A stretch of 64,000 nt of DNA, taken from positions 12,958,001 through 13,022,000 of the forward strand of contig NC_083426.1 in assembly GCF_020745735.1 (NCBI RefSeq). Reading direction: 5' to 3'. Below are positions 50,426-62,244 of the stretch, one piece after another; the stretch's first letter is position 1, and each line of letters starts with the position of its first letter. The notes beneath the pieces were generated by a model. That model was not told where the DNA came from. It searched no databases and was given only the letters and a program-made list of their open reading frames with translations. A program made the translations under genes and the position numbers. This stretch comes from Hemiscyllium ocellatum. Its lineage: Eukaryota.

Positions 50426-53400
50426 ATGTTGCCTAGTATGGTGATGAAACATCTGAACACAAACCTTCAAGCTTATTGAGCTAAATTACGTACATATCAT
50501 CAACCTGAGCTACAAATCTTTTCAAAAAATGCTGAGTTTGTCAATGTCAGGGAGGTGGTCAGCACCTTCCTATTGGCAATGCTCCATATATGGTGCAAAT
50601 GTTAACCTACTGCTCATTCACCCAAACATGAATGTTTCTGAGATGCAGCTTTAGGTATCATCAAGGTGTTGTGAATAAACATTCCCAGTGTATGATGAAG
50701 AGAAGAGAGACTTATTTCTGACAAAGATAGGATCATTGGTCAGGATGGTTGGGCCATATATGCTTTCTTGGCAATTCCTCTGGAGTGGGGAAGATGATTG
50801 ACACAGAGTCCAAGAATAAGGGGAGAGAGAGAGAGAGAACCTGAAAGCAGCAGCATTGTACTCACAAGATGTACAATAATTCACCTCTAATTAGCATAAC
50901 CATTTTCTTTTGTCAAAATTGATTCTGGTTATCGGACAAATTTTCTTTTGTCCATCACTGACCAGTGTTTTCTAAGAAGCACTTGGTACTATATTTTCTG
51001 TAATGCTGCCCTGATGCCAGGTCCAGGACCCTGGCTATTCAGCTCTTGTGCTGATGTCTCGGTCTGGGTGTCACAAAGACAGGAGCGCATGGCATTGTAG
51101 GCATTCTTGTTACAGCTAACTTGTAAATGCTTTCCAATTTTATCATGGAAAGGGCCAATGAGTTGAAGAATTTACATCAAATTGGATGTTGATTTGATGG
51201 ATTTTTGTCAAGGAAGAGTTGGACCAGTTTCTGATCTTTAGGAAATAATAGCTTCTGTACAGACCAATTAGTCCAGGGTAGTCCCTGGACTAGATTTGAT
51301 CAGTAACAGGGCTTGCAGATCAATTGTGGTTTTGAGTGTAAAGCAGGAAGTATAAATTGTAAAATTTATGTAATCCCAATGATTTATTTATTTGGCATTC
51401 TACACCCTATTTCCAGTTATTAATACAGATAGTAAATTATTGAGATCCGAGGACAGATGCTTGTGACACTCCCTAGTTACATCTTTCCAATCTGAAAAAG
51501 ACTCCTTAATCCTGACTCTCTGCCTTCTATGTGTTCACCTATCCTCAGTCTATGCTAATACAATATCCCAATACTATGTGCTCCCATCTTGTGCAATAAC
51601 CTTTTATGTGGCATCTTTCAGAATGCCTTCTAGATATCCAAATACACTACATCCACTTTCATCAACATCCTCAAAGAACTCTAGCAAATTTGTCAAATGT
51701 AGGCTCCCTTTCACAGAATCATGTTAGCTCCGATTAACTGCATTCAATCTTTCTAAAAGTCCTGTTACTGGACAAGACATTGGCTGAGGCTCTGCCAAAT
51801 ATAAAACTTGGATCCCCATAATTGCCTCATTCACAGTCACACCCTTCTATCCATGATTACAGACTATATTTGATGTAATTAATCTAATCCTCTCTGTTGT
51901 GTTGCAGCATTCACATCTCACTTCATTGACTCTGAACCAAAGGCCTTGAGCAGCCAACATTTGTTGCAGGTAACACCAAAGCCCACCACTTCCCATATAC
52001 TACAGCTGCAACACAACCTATTCAGTCAAAACTATTCTATTTAACTAATATTAAGGTTAATCCTCAACCTAGAGGGACTGCCTGACGAGAAGACCAAAAT
52101 GTAGACTAAAACGTCAATATGTTTTTAAAACATCTGCAGTCTCCGATAATGAAACAGAAGATTCTAGAAATGCTCATTAGGTCTGACAGCGTTGATGGGA
52201 AGAGAAGCAGGAATGCTTCAGATTCTGAGTTAAAAAAACATTTCCCTGAAGTGGAAATTCCACTTCTCTTTCAAAAGAAGTTCCCCTAATTTTACTTCAG
52301 CATACCAGAATCCACAATATCCTCTTTTCAATTAGTTAGTATTAGTTAGCATTATTTCTAGCAGCAGAACACCATGGAATATGCAAATTAAGGCATTTCA
52401 CATGAAAACCCTTAGAATTTTCCTACAGCATTCACACTCACAGCCATGCTCACACATGATGAAAGTTGTTTGTTGGATTATTGCATATCTTTTATTTGTT
52501 GCAGTAGTTGGTACTCAACATGAACATAAAGGCAAGTGAAATATTTAAGATATTTTGATTTAAAGAAACAGATTAGAGGCTGAGAGAGACTCCCCATGAG
52601 CCTCCAGCTGAAAGAAAGGAAAGCAGAAAGTTAGGTTGCCACTTAAACTACTCTCAGAAACTCCGGCTCCAAACCTCGAAGAGATAGCTGTGAATGAGAA
52701 ATCAGTTGTAAGTAATTTTATTTTTTCTAGAATGTGGGCTGGTCATGCATGTTGCGAGAACCACAAATGAGCTGAGGGCATTATAGTTCAACATCTAAAA
52801 AAGGTCATAGTCAGTGGCCTATCGATAATGCTTTTTGCCCTGAGCTTAAACTATTGCGCAAAGGAAATATTTAAATGAAAAGTTGTTCTTCCTCTATTTA
52901 CTTTGTGATTTTCCATGACACAACCAAGATTAGATTTTTTTTAAAAATGTATAACTCACTGAAAAGAATAGTGAGGGGAACCAACATTTTGAAGAGGGGG
53001 CAGATCCAGGCTACTTGTTATCAAATGGAATTTTTAAAAAGTCAATGACCTTTGTGGGCCTGTTTAAAGTTCTGATTCATGGTCAGGAAATGGTCTGCCC
53101 AGAATTCAATACAAACATTTTGCAAGATAACAACAAACACTCTGCAAACAAGTGATTTATAAAATCAGCTTTTATGTACAGTATATACACAAATTGTTTG
53201 AAATGCTTATTAACTTGTATAGTTGGAAAATGAGCTGTCATTTATAAGAGCATTTTAGAACACCCTTTATCCACAGAACCTGCTGTATTGTTTTCAAAAT
53301 TCTGAGTTTGTGTTTTATTAGTTGTGCTTTTTGATATGTCATGAGTGACAGACTTACAATCCATTTTGTAAGTTGCTTAGTGGGGAGGAAGTGATAATGC

Positions 53401-54111
53401 AGTTCTGACGAAGGGTTAATTAACTTGAAAGGTGAATTCTGTTTCTCTCCATAGATGCTGCAGAATCTGCTGAGTTTCTCCAACAATTTCTGTTTTTGTT
53501 TCATTTTTTTTTATTGGTTACAAATAGACACAGTGACACCGTTACCTCTCAATGATTTGGAGATCAGATCGTTCAGACGTTTAGAGGGGGATGCAGAATG
53601 TAGGATCAACCCCTGTACTGAAATGGTAATTCATAAAGTGGAGTTGTACCCCTCAAACTAGTTGGAAACAATTTGTCTGTCTATTGGTTGAAGATGTCGA
53701 TGGTCCTTTGTTGAATATAGTTATTTGCCAGATATCAGAACGCAAGAATTACCTTTACTCATGCTTCCAATAGGTCTAAGCCTAGCTCCTCGTTTAATAG
53801 GAAAGGGTTATGGAGATAGAGATCCTTGGTGGATTGCCCGTGGCAATATCTTGACAAATCAGATTCTACCTGCTGGGTCTGATTATTGTCAGCGAAGATC
53901 AAAAATTTAACGGTTCCTACACTGCCCTGCCAACATGATCCAAGCAATCAGCACCCGCTCCTCTTACTGAGTAAATAGTTGTTCCCTTTCTAAATTTAGA
54001 AACTTGTGTCCCAGTCCTTCACTTTCATGTCTCCACTGTTTCACTTTTAAATTACCAAGCAATTACTTGTACAGTGCTTGCTAATAATTTGTAAGATACT
54101 ACTTTGAGATG

Positions 54112-54468
54112 ATAGAATCCCTACAAGATGGAAACAGGCCATTCAGTCCAACAAGTCTATATGAGCCTTCCTAAGAGTAGCCCACCCAGAACCATTCCCC
54201 TATATTTACTCCTGACTAATACACCTAACCTACACATCCCTGAAAACTACAAGCAATTTAGCATAGTCAATTCACCTAACCTGTAATCTTTGGATTGTGG
54301 GAAGAAAGCAGAGCACCTGAAAGAAACCCATGCATGCAGGAAGAGAATATGTAAGCTCCATACAGACAGACAGTCACCCGGGGCTGAAATCAAACCCAGG
54401 TCTGAAATCAAACCCAGGTCTTTGGTGACATAAGGCAGTATTGCGAACTACTGAGCCACCATGCCAAC
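54112..54468 (-). mobile_element. HE1-type SINE (degenerate)
   Basis: Same body as 6711-7022. Confidence 0.8.
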
Positions 54469-54949
54469 CTTCACCACTGTGCCGTTCTTATTGAAGGGTC
54501 TCACAGCTTGGGCAACAAATGATCGGTAAGCTCACATGAATAATAAATGTTCATGAAGCTTGCTGTTAATTTTCCATCAAGTTCAGCAAGGCAGTCATGC
54601 ATATCACTGCTACATATGTGACAAACATTTTTCTCTATTCAAAGTGGCATGATGTAGCCAAGAGCTGTCAAATAATGGGTAGAATCCTTGGTTTCCTATT
54701 GTCAGTGTACAGTTATCCATTAGAATCATAGAATCCAAGTGTGGGAGCAGGCCAATCAGCCCATCAAGGCTGCACTGATCCTTTATCAAGAATCCCACCC
54801 AGACCCATATCCCCTACCTGTTCCTGTAGCCATGCATTTCCCATAGCTAACCTACTTAACCTGCACATCCCTGAACAGTATGGGCCATTTAACATTACCA
54901 ATCCACCTAACCTGCACAACTTCGGATTGTGGGAGGAAATGATCAACTA

Positions 54950-55800
54950 AGAAGTAGCGAAGATTGCAGATGCTAGAGATCAGAGTCGAAAAGGGTGGCG
55001 CCGGAAAAGCACAACAGGTCAGGCAACATCCGACAAGCAGGAGAGTCAATGTTTCGAGCATGAGCTCTTCATCAGTTCTCCTGCTGAAGAACTCATGTCA
55101 TATCGTCAACTCTCCTCTGCAGATGCTGCCTGATCTGCTATGCTTTTCCAGCACGACACTTTTTGACTGTGGGAGGAAACCAAAGCATGTGGCAGGAACC
55201 CACACAGACACAGGCCTCCTCTACAGTGGGGAGACAGGCCGCCTACTTGCTGAACGTTTCAGAGAACACCTCTGGGACACCTGCACCAACCAACCCAAGT
55301 GCCCCATGGCTGAACACTAACTCCCCCTCCCACTCCACCAAGAACTTGCAGGCCCTTGGCCTCCTCCATCGCCAGACCATGGCAACACAATGCCTGGAGG
55401 AAGAGTGCCTCATCTTCCACCTAGGAACCCTCCAACCACAAGGGATAAATGCAGATTTCTCCAGCTTCATTTCCTCTCTCCCCACGTGATCTCGGTGTCA
55501 ATCCTCAAACTCAGCACCACCGCCTTGACCTTCAATCTTCTTCCTGACCCCTCCCCCCCCCACCCCCTCTCCAGCCAATCACACTCACCTTAACCTCCTT
55601 CCACCTATCGCCCCTCCCCCAAATCCCTCCTCCCCACCTTTTATCTTAGCCTGCTTGGCACACCCTCATTCCTGAAGAAGGGCTCATGCCCAAAACATCG
55701 ATTCTCCTGCTCCTTGGGTGCTGTCTGACCTGCTGCACTTTTCCAGCAACATTTTTCAGCTCTGATCTCCAACATTGCAGTCCTCAATTTCTCCCACAGG
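54950..55800 (+). mobile_element. Penelope-like element fragment with GIY-YIG remnant, inverted 5' pLTR pieces and 3' pLTR
   Basis: GLLYSGETGRLLAERFREHLWDTCTNQPKCPMAEH; hammerhead on the minus strand at ~55045-55075 (CUGAUGA-aGAGC ucau GCUC-GAAA-CAUU) and a G12-mutated core at 55672. Confidence 0.85.
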
Positions 55801-56198
55801 AAGAGTGTACCCCTGTACACCACCACACAGACAGTTGCCCAAGGGTGGAATCGTACCTGGGTTCCTGATACTGCAAGGCAGCAATGTTAACCACTGAGCC
55901 ACTGTGCTACATTACTTGAATGAGATTCATCTGTGTGTCATTCTGTTTCTATTATTTCACTTTGGCTTTACCTGTTTTTGGTTATTTCTCATTGCTGATC
56001 ACAAAAATTCCTGTATACTTCTTACCCTTTTTAGTTTTAATGAAGATGCCACATCCAAAAATATTCAGCTGCCTTTTTTGTCCACATATGCTCATGAACT
56101 GATAGACACATGAAAACGTTAGGATTAATCCTATCACTTTTGGGTGAACTTTTGTTTCGTCAAATATCAACACTGCTGAGCCAGTTTCATACCACTCA

Positions 56199-56385
56199 AG
56201 ATTAGAGTGGTGCTGGAAAAGCACAGCAGGTCAGGCAGCAGAGGAGCAGGAAGCTTGATATTTTGGACAAAAGCCCTTCATCAGGGCTTTTGCCCGAAAC
56301 GTCAATATTCCTGCTCCTCGGATGCTGCCTGACCTGCTGTGCTTTTCCAGCACCACTCTAATCTCCAGCATCTGCAGTACCCACC
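56199..56385. mobile_element. Palindromic PLE-derived repeat centred on the hammerhead
   Basis: ~75-bp inverted arms (56199-56364) meeting at cccttcatcaggg; the right arm keeps GGGC uuuu GCCC GAAA CGUC. Confidence 0.8.
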
Positions 56386-58668
56386 TCTACCTTTTATATC
56401 ACTCAGCAAATTACCACTTTTAAATAAAAGAAATTACATATAAGATCAGTAAAGTTTACTGTCAGTTTAAGTTTTAGTTTATTGGCTATCATGTTGCACA
56501 AGTAAAGGATCGAATTGCCTTGGGCAGAATGTAGAAGGAGATGGGTTGGTATTAGTTAAAGGAATCCTGACTCCTACCTGATGGAATTGGTCCAAAGCCT
56601 AATATCTTTTCTGTGACCTTATGTCTTTGGAGTAGGTCATTGAAGTGGGTCAGGAGGTTTGACCTCTCTACTGCAGAGCACAGCCTGGTGGAGGGGTGGA
56701 TGGGTGGTTGGATCACTTTAGAAAAATCAGGCAAGGTGGTAGTGGGTAAATATTTGAGAGACCAGCAAGAGCTATCATTCACTACTTCAACTGAAAAACA
56801 ACTTTTTCCAAATCCCCTTTCTTTCATTACTTTGAGTGGATTGCATCGTAAGACCACAAGGCATAGGAGCAGAAGTAGACCATTCAGCCCATCAATTCAG
56901 CTCTGCATTCAGAGAGATTGTGGCTGATCCTCAACTCCCCATTCCTGCCTTTTCCCCCATTAAATCAGTGATGGAGTCAAAAAGCTGCACATCTCAGCCT
57001 TGAATATACTTAATGACCCAGGCTCTACAGTAAAGAATTCCACAGATTCACAATCCTCAGTTCTGAAATGAGGAGGACCTTGTTCTAAGTGGGCCAACCC
57101 TTACTAAGATTGTGCCTTTTGGACCTGGAAGGGGACAGAGCCTGTCAAGTGCCTTAAGAACTTGCATATTTCAATAAAATCACCTTTTAGTTTTCTAAAC
57201 TCCACTGAGTATAACTGTTGCCTTACTCAGTTTTCCCCCCCTTCAGGCACCTATTCTATGCCAGAGATCAACTTAATGCCCTTATCTGGATGACCTCCAT
57301 TACCAGAATCTTTCTTCAGATTAATCCCTTCAGGAAGTGGTGGATGCCAGTATAATTATAATGTTTAAAAGACACTTGGATAAGTACATGAATAGGAAAG
57401 GTTTGGAGGGATGAGCCAGGAGCAGGCAGATAGGACTAGCTTAGTTTGGGATCTGTTTCCATGCTGTATGATGCCATGACTTTATGGTTCCTCAAAACCA
57501 AGGTAATTGTGTGACAATTGCACCACCTATTGAAAAAGTCTACAACTGCATTAGGGTCTCAGTGATTTCAAGTTTCTGGCAGTGTCCTGGACCATGCATT
57601 TCAGACCCTGAAAAAAAACCTATTTGTCAACAGGAGTTGAGACAAGTGTCCTTTTAATCCAGCAGCCGTCTTATCCACCCAAATGAAATGACAATTAGTC
57701 CCATTGAATAGCTCACCTATTCACTTTTCAAAACAAAATAGCCACCACGTTAACTGGTGGGGCAAAGGTGTGTTAGTTTTAAAAATGGTTTTACTTTTAC
57801 ATTTCTAAAAAGGAAAGAGAGGAGATCCTCTCCCTAAACATAACTACATTTATAAGGTTTTCAAACTGAACACTGCACAGAAGTAACATCCAGTGAAACT
57901 TGCAAATTATGCACGAGTCTGGCTGTTTTGAGATACACAGGAACAATGCTCCAGTACAACCATTGTTTAATACCTGGAAAGGAATACAAACTGACCACTT
58001 ACAAATTCAGCACGTAACAGGACCAGTTCAGCCAGACCAGAGAATTTCCACCATGCCCATTTAATCACACAAGAGTCTTGTCAAACCCATCACAGGTCAG
58101 ATTATAAAAACGCAGTTGCAAAATCAATCTGCTAGAACATATTATGGTACACCTCAAATCACATGTTAGACTTCCTTTATCCTCAGGTTCTGGACATCAC
58201 TTGTTATGGCAAGTGTTTAATACCCATCCCTAATTGCCCAGAGGGCAGTTAGGAGTTAGCAATATTCTTATGGCTCTGGAATTACATATAGTGGGCCAGA
58301 GCAGCTAAGGATGACAGATTTTCTTCCCTGAAGGACATTAGTCAACCAAATTATTTTCTTTCCAACAATGGAAATCATTAAACCCTTAATATCCAGATTC
58401 ATTATCGAATGAACTTTCACCAATGTGCCATAGAGGGACTTGAATGTGGGTCCCTGGAACATAAACTGAGTTTCTAGATTAACAGTCCAGTGATAATACC
58501 ACTAGGCTATTCGCTCCATATTAACTTGAATACAGATCTTCCAATACAATGGTAGGAACAATACCACTGTCCCACAAGATGCTCTAAGCCACATACCAAG
58601 TAGTTGTGACATTACACCAGCAGGTTTTTTCAAATCTTAACACAGCCCATTTCTTTCTGCCCTGACAG

Positions 58669-58998
58669 GATCATATGGAGTCATGGCACCAAACGAAGTG
58701 AACGGAAGGTTAGGAGGCTCCATCACTATCAACTGCCAGTACAACATAGCAAGCAACAGGGATTCCGAGAAGTATTGGTGTAAGGGAAAGTGGAGATTTT
58801 CATGCACTGTGTTGGCGTCCACTCAAAGAATACAGCAGGAAAGACCCAGTAGACTGTTCATTATGGACAATCAAACCAATGGGGTATTTTCAGTAACAAT
58901 GCAGCAATTATCACTGGAAGATGCAGGATGGTATTGGTGTGGGATAATAAAGGAGGGCACCGATGAAATGGCCGGTGTTAAATTCAATGTTCTCCAAG
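58669..58998 (+). CDS. Gene 2 exon 2, Ig V-set domain of CD300/pIgR type
   Basis: ttctttctgccctgacAG| acceptor, caag|GTAAGC donor, 330 nt phase 1-1; ITINC...EKYWCKGKWRFSC...EDAGWYWCGIIKEGTDEMAGVKFNVLQ; N-glycosylation sequon NQT. Confidence 0.95.
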
Positions 58999-59366
58999 GT
59001 AAGCCGAGTAATTAATAAGAGACCATAAGACACAGGAGCAGAAATTAGGCCATTCAGCCCATCGAGTCTGCTCTGCCATTCAATCATGACTATAAGTTTC
59101 TCAAGCCCATTCTCCCACTTTCTCCCTGTAACCCATCTGCTTCAGCTCTTAAAATAATGCTGAATGACCTGGTCTCCACAGCCTTCTGTGGCAATGAATT
59201 CCATAGATTCACCACTCACTGGCTGAAGTTTCTCATTATCTCCATTCTAAGGTCTTCCCTTTACTCTAAGGCTCCAGCCCGTTCATTGAGCATTTATTCA
59301 CTTCAAGCACATTGTAAGAATTCCAATAACTGAACAATTCACTGTTTCGCTTATCGGTTTAAACAG

Positions 59367-59397
59367 AAAAAGGTCCTTACATTTGTTCAATTAAAAG
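59367..59397 (+). CDS. Gene 2 probable stalk exon (E)KGPYICSIK(R)
   Basis: tttaaacAG| acceptor similar in sequence and position (~370 nt after V) to the gene 1 stalk acceptor; 31 nt gives phase 1 to 2 as in gene 1, but the donor (GTTTAA) is weak and an alternative donor lies at 59411. Confidence 0.45.
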
Positions 59398-62019
59398 GTT
59401 TAAAACAAGGGTAGAGAATGCTGGAGAAACTCAGCAAGTCTGGTGGCATCTGTGAAGAGAGAAACAGATTCTTCAGGAAAAAAAAAAGGATTTTTGGACT
59501 TCAATTGTATATGCAAGCTAAATTAATACCCCACGCATTTGAATGATGAGTGGAAAAATCAGATTAAAAATAGTGCTACATGATTAAAAAGCACATTACA
59601 GTCAGTACCAATGCAGAAAAAACCTTCCACAGAATTGAACTTTGAAAGATAAACAGGGAACACATTGGTGCGTGAGGAAGGGACAGGGTGAGAAGTGAAC
59701 ACAAGAATAACAATGTGCATAAAAGTTAGAGAAGTTACAGCAGGAAACATTCAGCCCATCATAAGTACACTGGCTCTCTGAATGAGCAGTTCATGTAGTA
59801 CCATTCCCTTGCATTCTTCCTTTCCAGATAATAATCCAACTCCTTCCTAAAAACCTCAATTGAACCTGGATCCAATATACTTTCAGGCATCCCATTCCTG
59901 TTCTTTCATGATGTATCAATATTTCTGTCTATATTCCCAATGCATTTTTCCCCCCAATGACCTTAAATCAGTGGCCCCTCATTCTCAGTCTCACCACAAG
60001 TGGGACAGATTTTCATTTACTCTGTCCAGAGTAATTTTGAACACCTCAAAATCTCCTCACTCACCATTCTCCAAGAAAACAGAGCTAAATTCTCAACTTT
60101 AAGTCCATAACTGAAGTTTTCATGCCTGAAGCCATTTTTATGGCTCTTTCTGCACTCTGGTAATGCATTCATGTAACGGTGGGGAAAAAAAAAGGATATT
60201 TATGGTTTGGTGTGGGAAGTGGAGTCAATTAAGCAATGCAATGTAATTGATGAAAGCTGTCAGAAACTGATGGGAAGTAACATACTCCAAGGAACCGCAC
60301 AAAGTCCAGAGACAGAAATAGAAGGAAGAATCTTACGAAACTGAGTTTGGGAAAATTTGGAAATTTGGTCAAATTCTCAAATACAGAGGGGGAAAGAGCA
60401 GAAGAAAGAAAAAGCAAAAAAAACTTTCAAACATATATTCATCTGACTTGGCTTGGACATTGGAGAAAGTGAGAACTGCAGATGCTGGAGGTTAGAGTCA
60501 ATTGTGCAGTGCTGGAAAAACACCACAGGTCAGACAGCATTGAGGAGCTGGTGAAATCGATGAAGGGCATGGGTAATATTACCCTGTCCACACAGGACAG
60601 CAATGTAGACAGCCTTCAGTCCCCATGCTGAAGCTGATATTTCTTGTAAAGGAATAATCAGCTGGCAGTTGTGTTGTAAAGTTTTTTTTAAAAAAGTACA
60701 AAATATAAATAGAGAGTGATGACCAAGAAAAGCCAAAATGGAAATGACATCTGTTTCCCTGTTCGGGAAGTTACAATACGAGTGTGTCATTTAGCTTAGA
60801 CCTGCCATTTTGTGATTTCCACTTATGGTTCTTCTTTCCTCTTCCACCAACTTATCAGCTGCAGATTGTTGTGACTTTATTTTGGTTATAAGTGAAGCAA
60901 GAGATCACCAAGATGGTTTAGTGTTCAAAGCAAAAGTAGTTCTGTAACTGTCCATGAGAAACAGGAACAGGAGTAGACCTTTCAGCCCCTGGAGTCAATA
61001 GGATTAGGGCTAATTAGATATTCCTCACAATCACTTTCCTATCTTTCTCCTACAACCCTTAATTCCCTCAAAACCAAGAAATTCTCAAATTTTAAGTGTA
61101 CACAAGTGCTCTGCTCCCACAGCTGTGCTAAGGAGTTTCCCAATCCAGAGAAGAGATTCCTCCTTATCTCAGGAAGGAATTGATATCCCCTTATTCTGCA
61201 ATGATTCATCTGGGCATAGACTCATGAGGAGAACATCTCAGCATTTACCCTATCAAGTGCCTTAAGAATTGTGTATATTTCCAAGTGAGATCATTTCTTT
61301 TAGACTGAGATGAATAGTGGCCCAAGCTATTTAGCCTTTGCTCACAAGACAGTCTCTCCATACCAGGGCTCACCCTAGTGAATCTTCTCTGAACTCCATT
61401 CAATGAATGAATACTGTTCCTTCAATAAAGGGAGGAAAACTGCTCCAGCTATAGTCGCACCAGCACCTTGTACAATTGCATTAAGACTACTCTACTCTTA
61501 TACTTCCCATAAATACTGTCTTCCTAGGTAAATTAAGAATTGTCAATTCTAGAAATCTGAAAAACTGGAAAGGCTGAAAATAGTCAGCTTCAGCAGCATC
61601 TGCATTAAAAAAAAAGAAAAAACTATTCAGATCTATGGCTTTAGAATTCTGGTGGTCTACCTGAAAAAAAAAAGCGAAAAAGGCCACTACCCCATCTCCT
61701 TACTTGTACACAGTACATTGCCTATGGCCAGCCAATTCCCTGAACGGAGGAGATTCAGGAACTATTTATTTTAAATTTTTTGGTTGTTTATTCCCTGCTT
61801 CCCCCACACAATTGCCTAACAGCAGTTATTTTGTGTGCAGATGTAAAGTGAAGAACAGGTACTAAATCTTTATTTATATTCCACCCTGTAGAAGAAAGGA
61901 AACACCTGAGTGGCCAGTGACAAGCACTGCCCTTCTTGAAAAGAAGAACGCTGCGTGACCAAGTGAGGGGGAGAATCTGCTGTTTCTTTTTATTCTAAAG
62001 TAACCATCTAAACATATTC

Positions 62020-62240
62020 CACTACCCTACTCTACATTTAACCCTGACTAATGAACCCAACTTTCCAATCCCTGGGCACAACATGGCCAATTCACCCAGC
62101 CTGCATATGTTTGGACTGTGAGGGAAGCAGAGCATGAAGAAACAGACATGGGGAGAACATGCAGACTCCACAGATGGTTACCTGAGGCTGGAAATGAACC
62201 CAAGTCCCCAGTACTAACCACTGAACCATCATGCTGTCCC
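62020..62240 (-). mobile_element. HE1-type SINE (degenerate)
   Basis: Reverse complement has gggacagcatgatggttcagtggttag head and the SINE body. Confidence 0.75.
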
Positions 62241-62244
62241 ATTA

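Noticed and set aside
51908-51969. AG...GT-bounded 62-nt segment in gene 2 intron 1
   Set aside because: Would shift the frame between leader and V exon; likely a cryptic site.
60859-60947. Possible phase-1 terminal exon (ADCCDFILVISEARDHQDGLVFKAKVVL*) for gene 2
   Set aside because: No TM or signalling motif and no independent support; the true downstream exons probably lie beyond the window.
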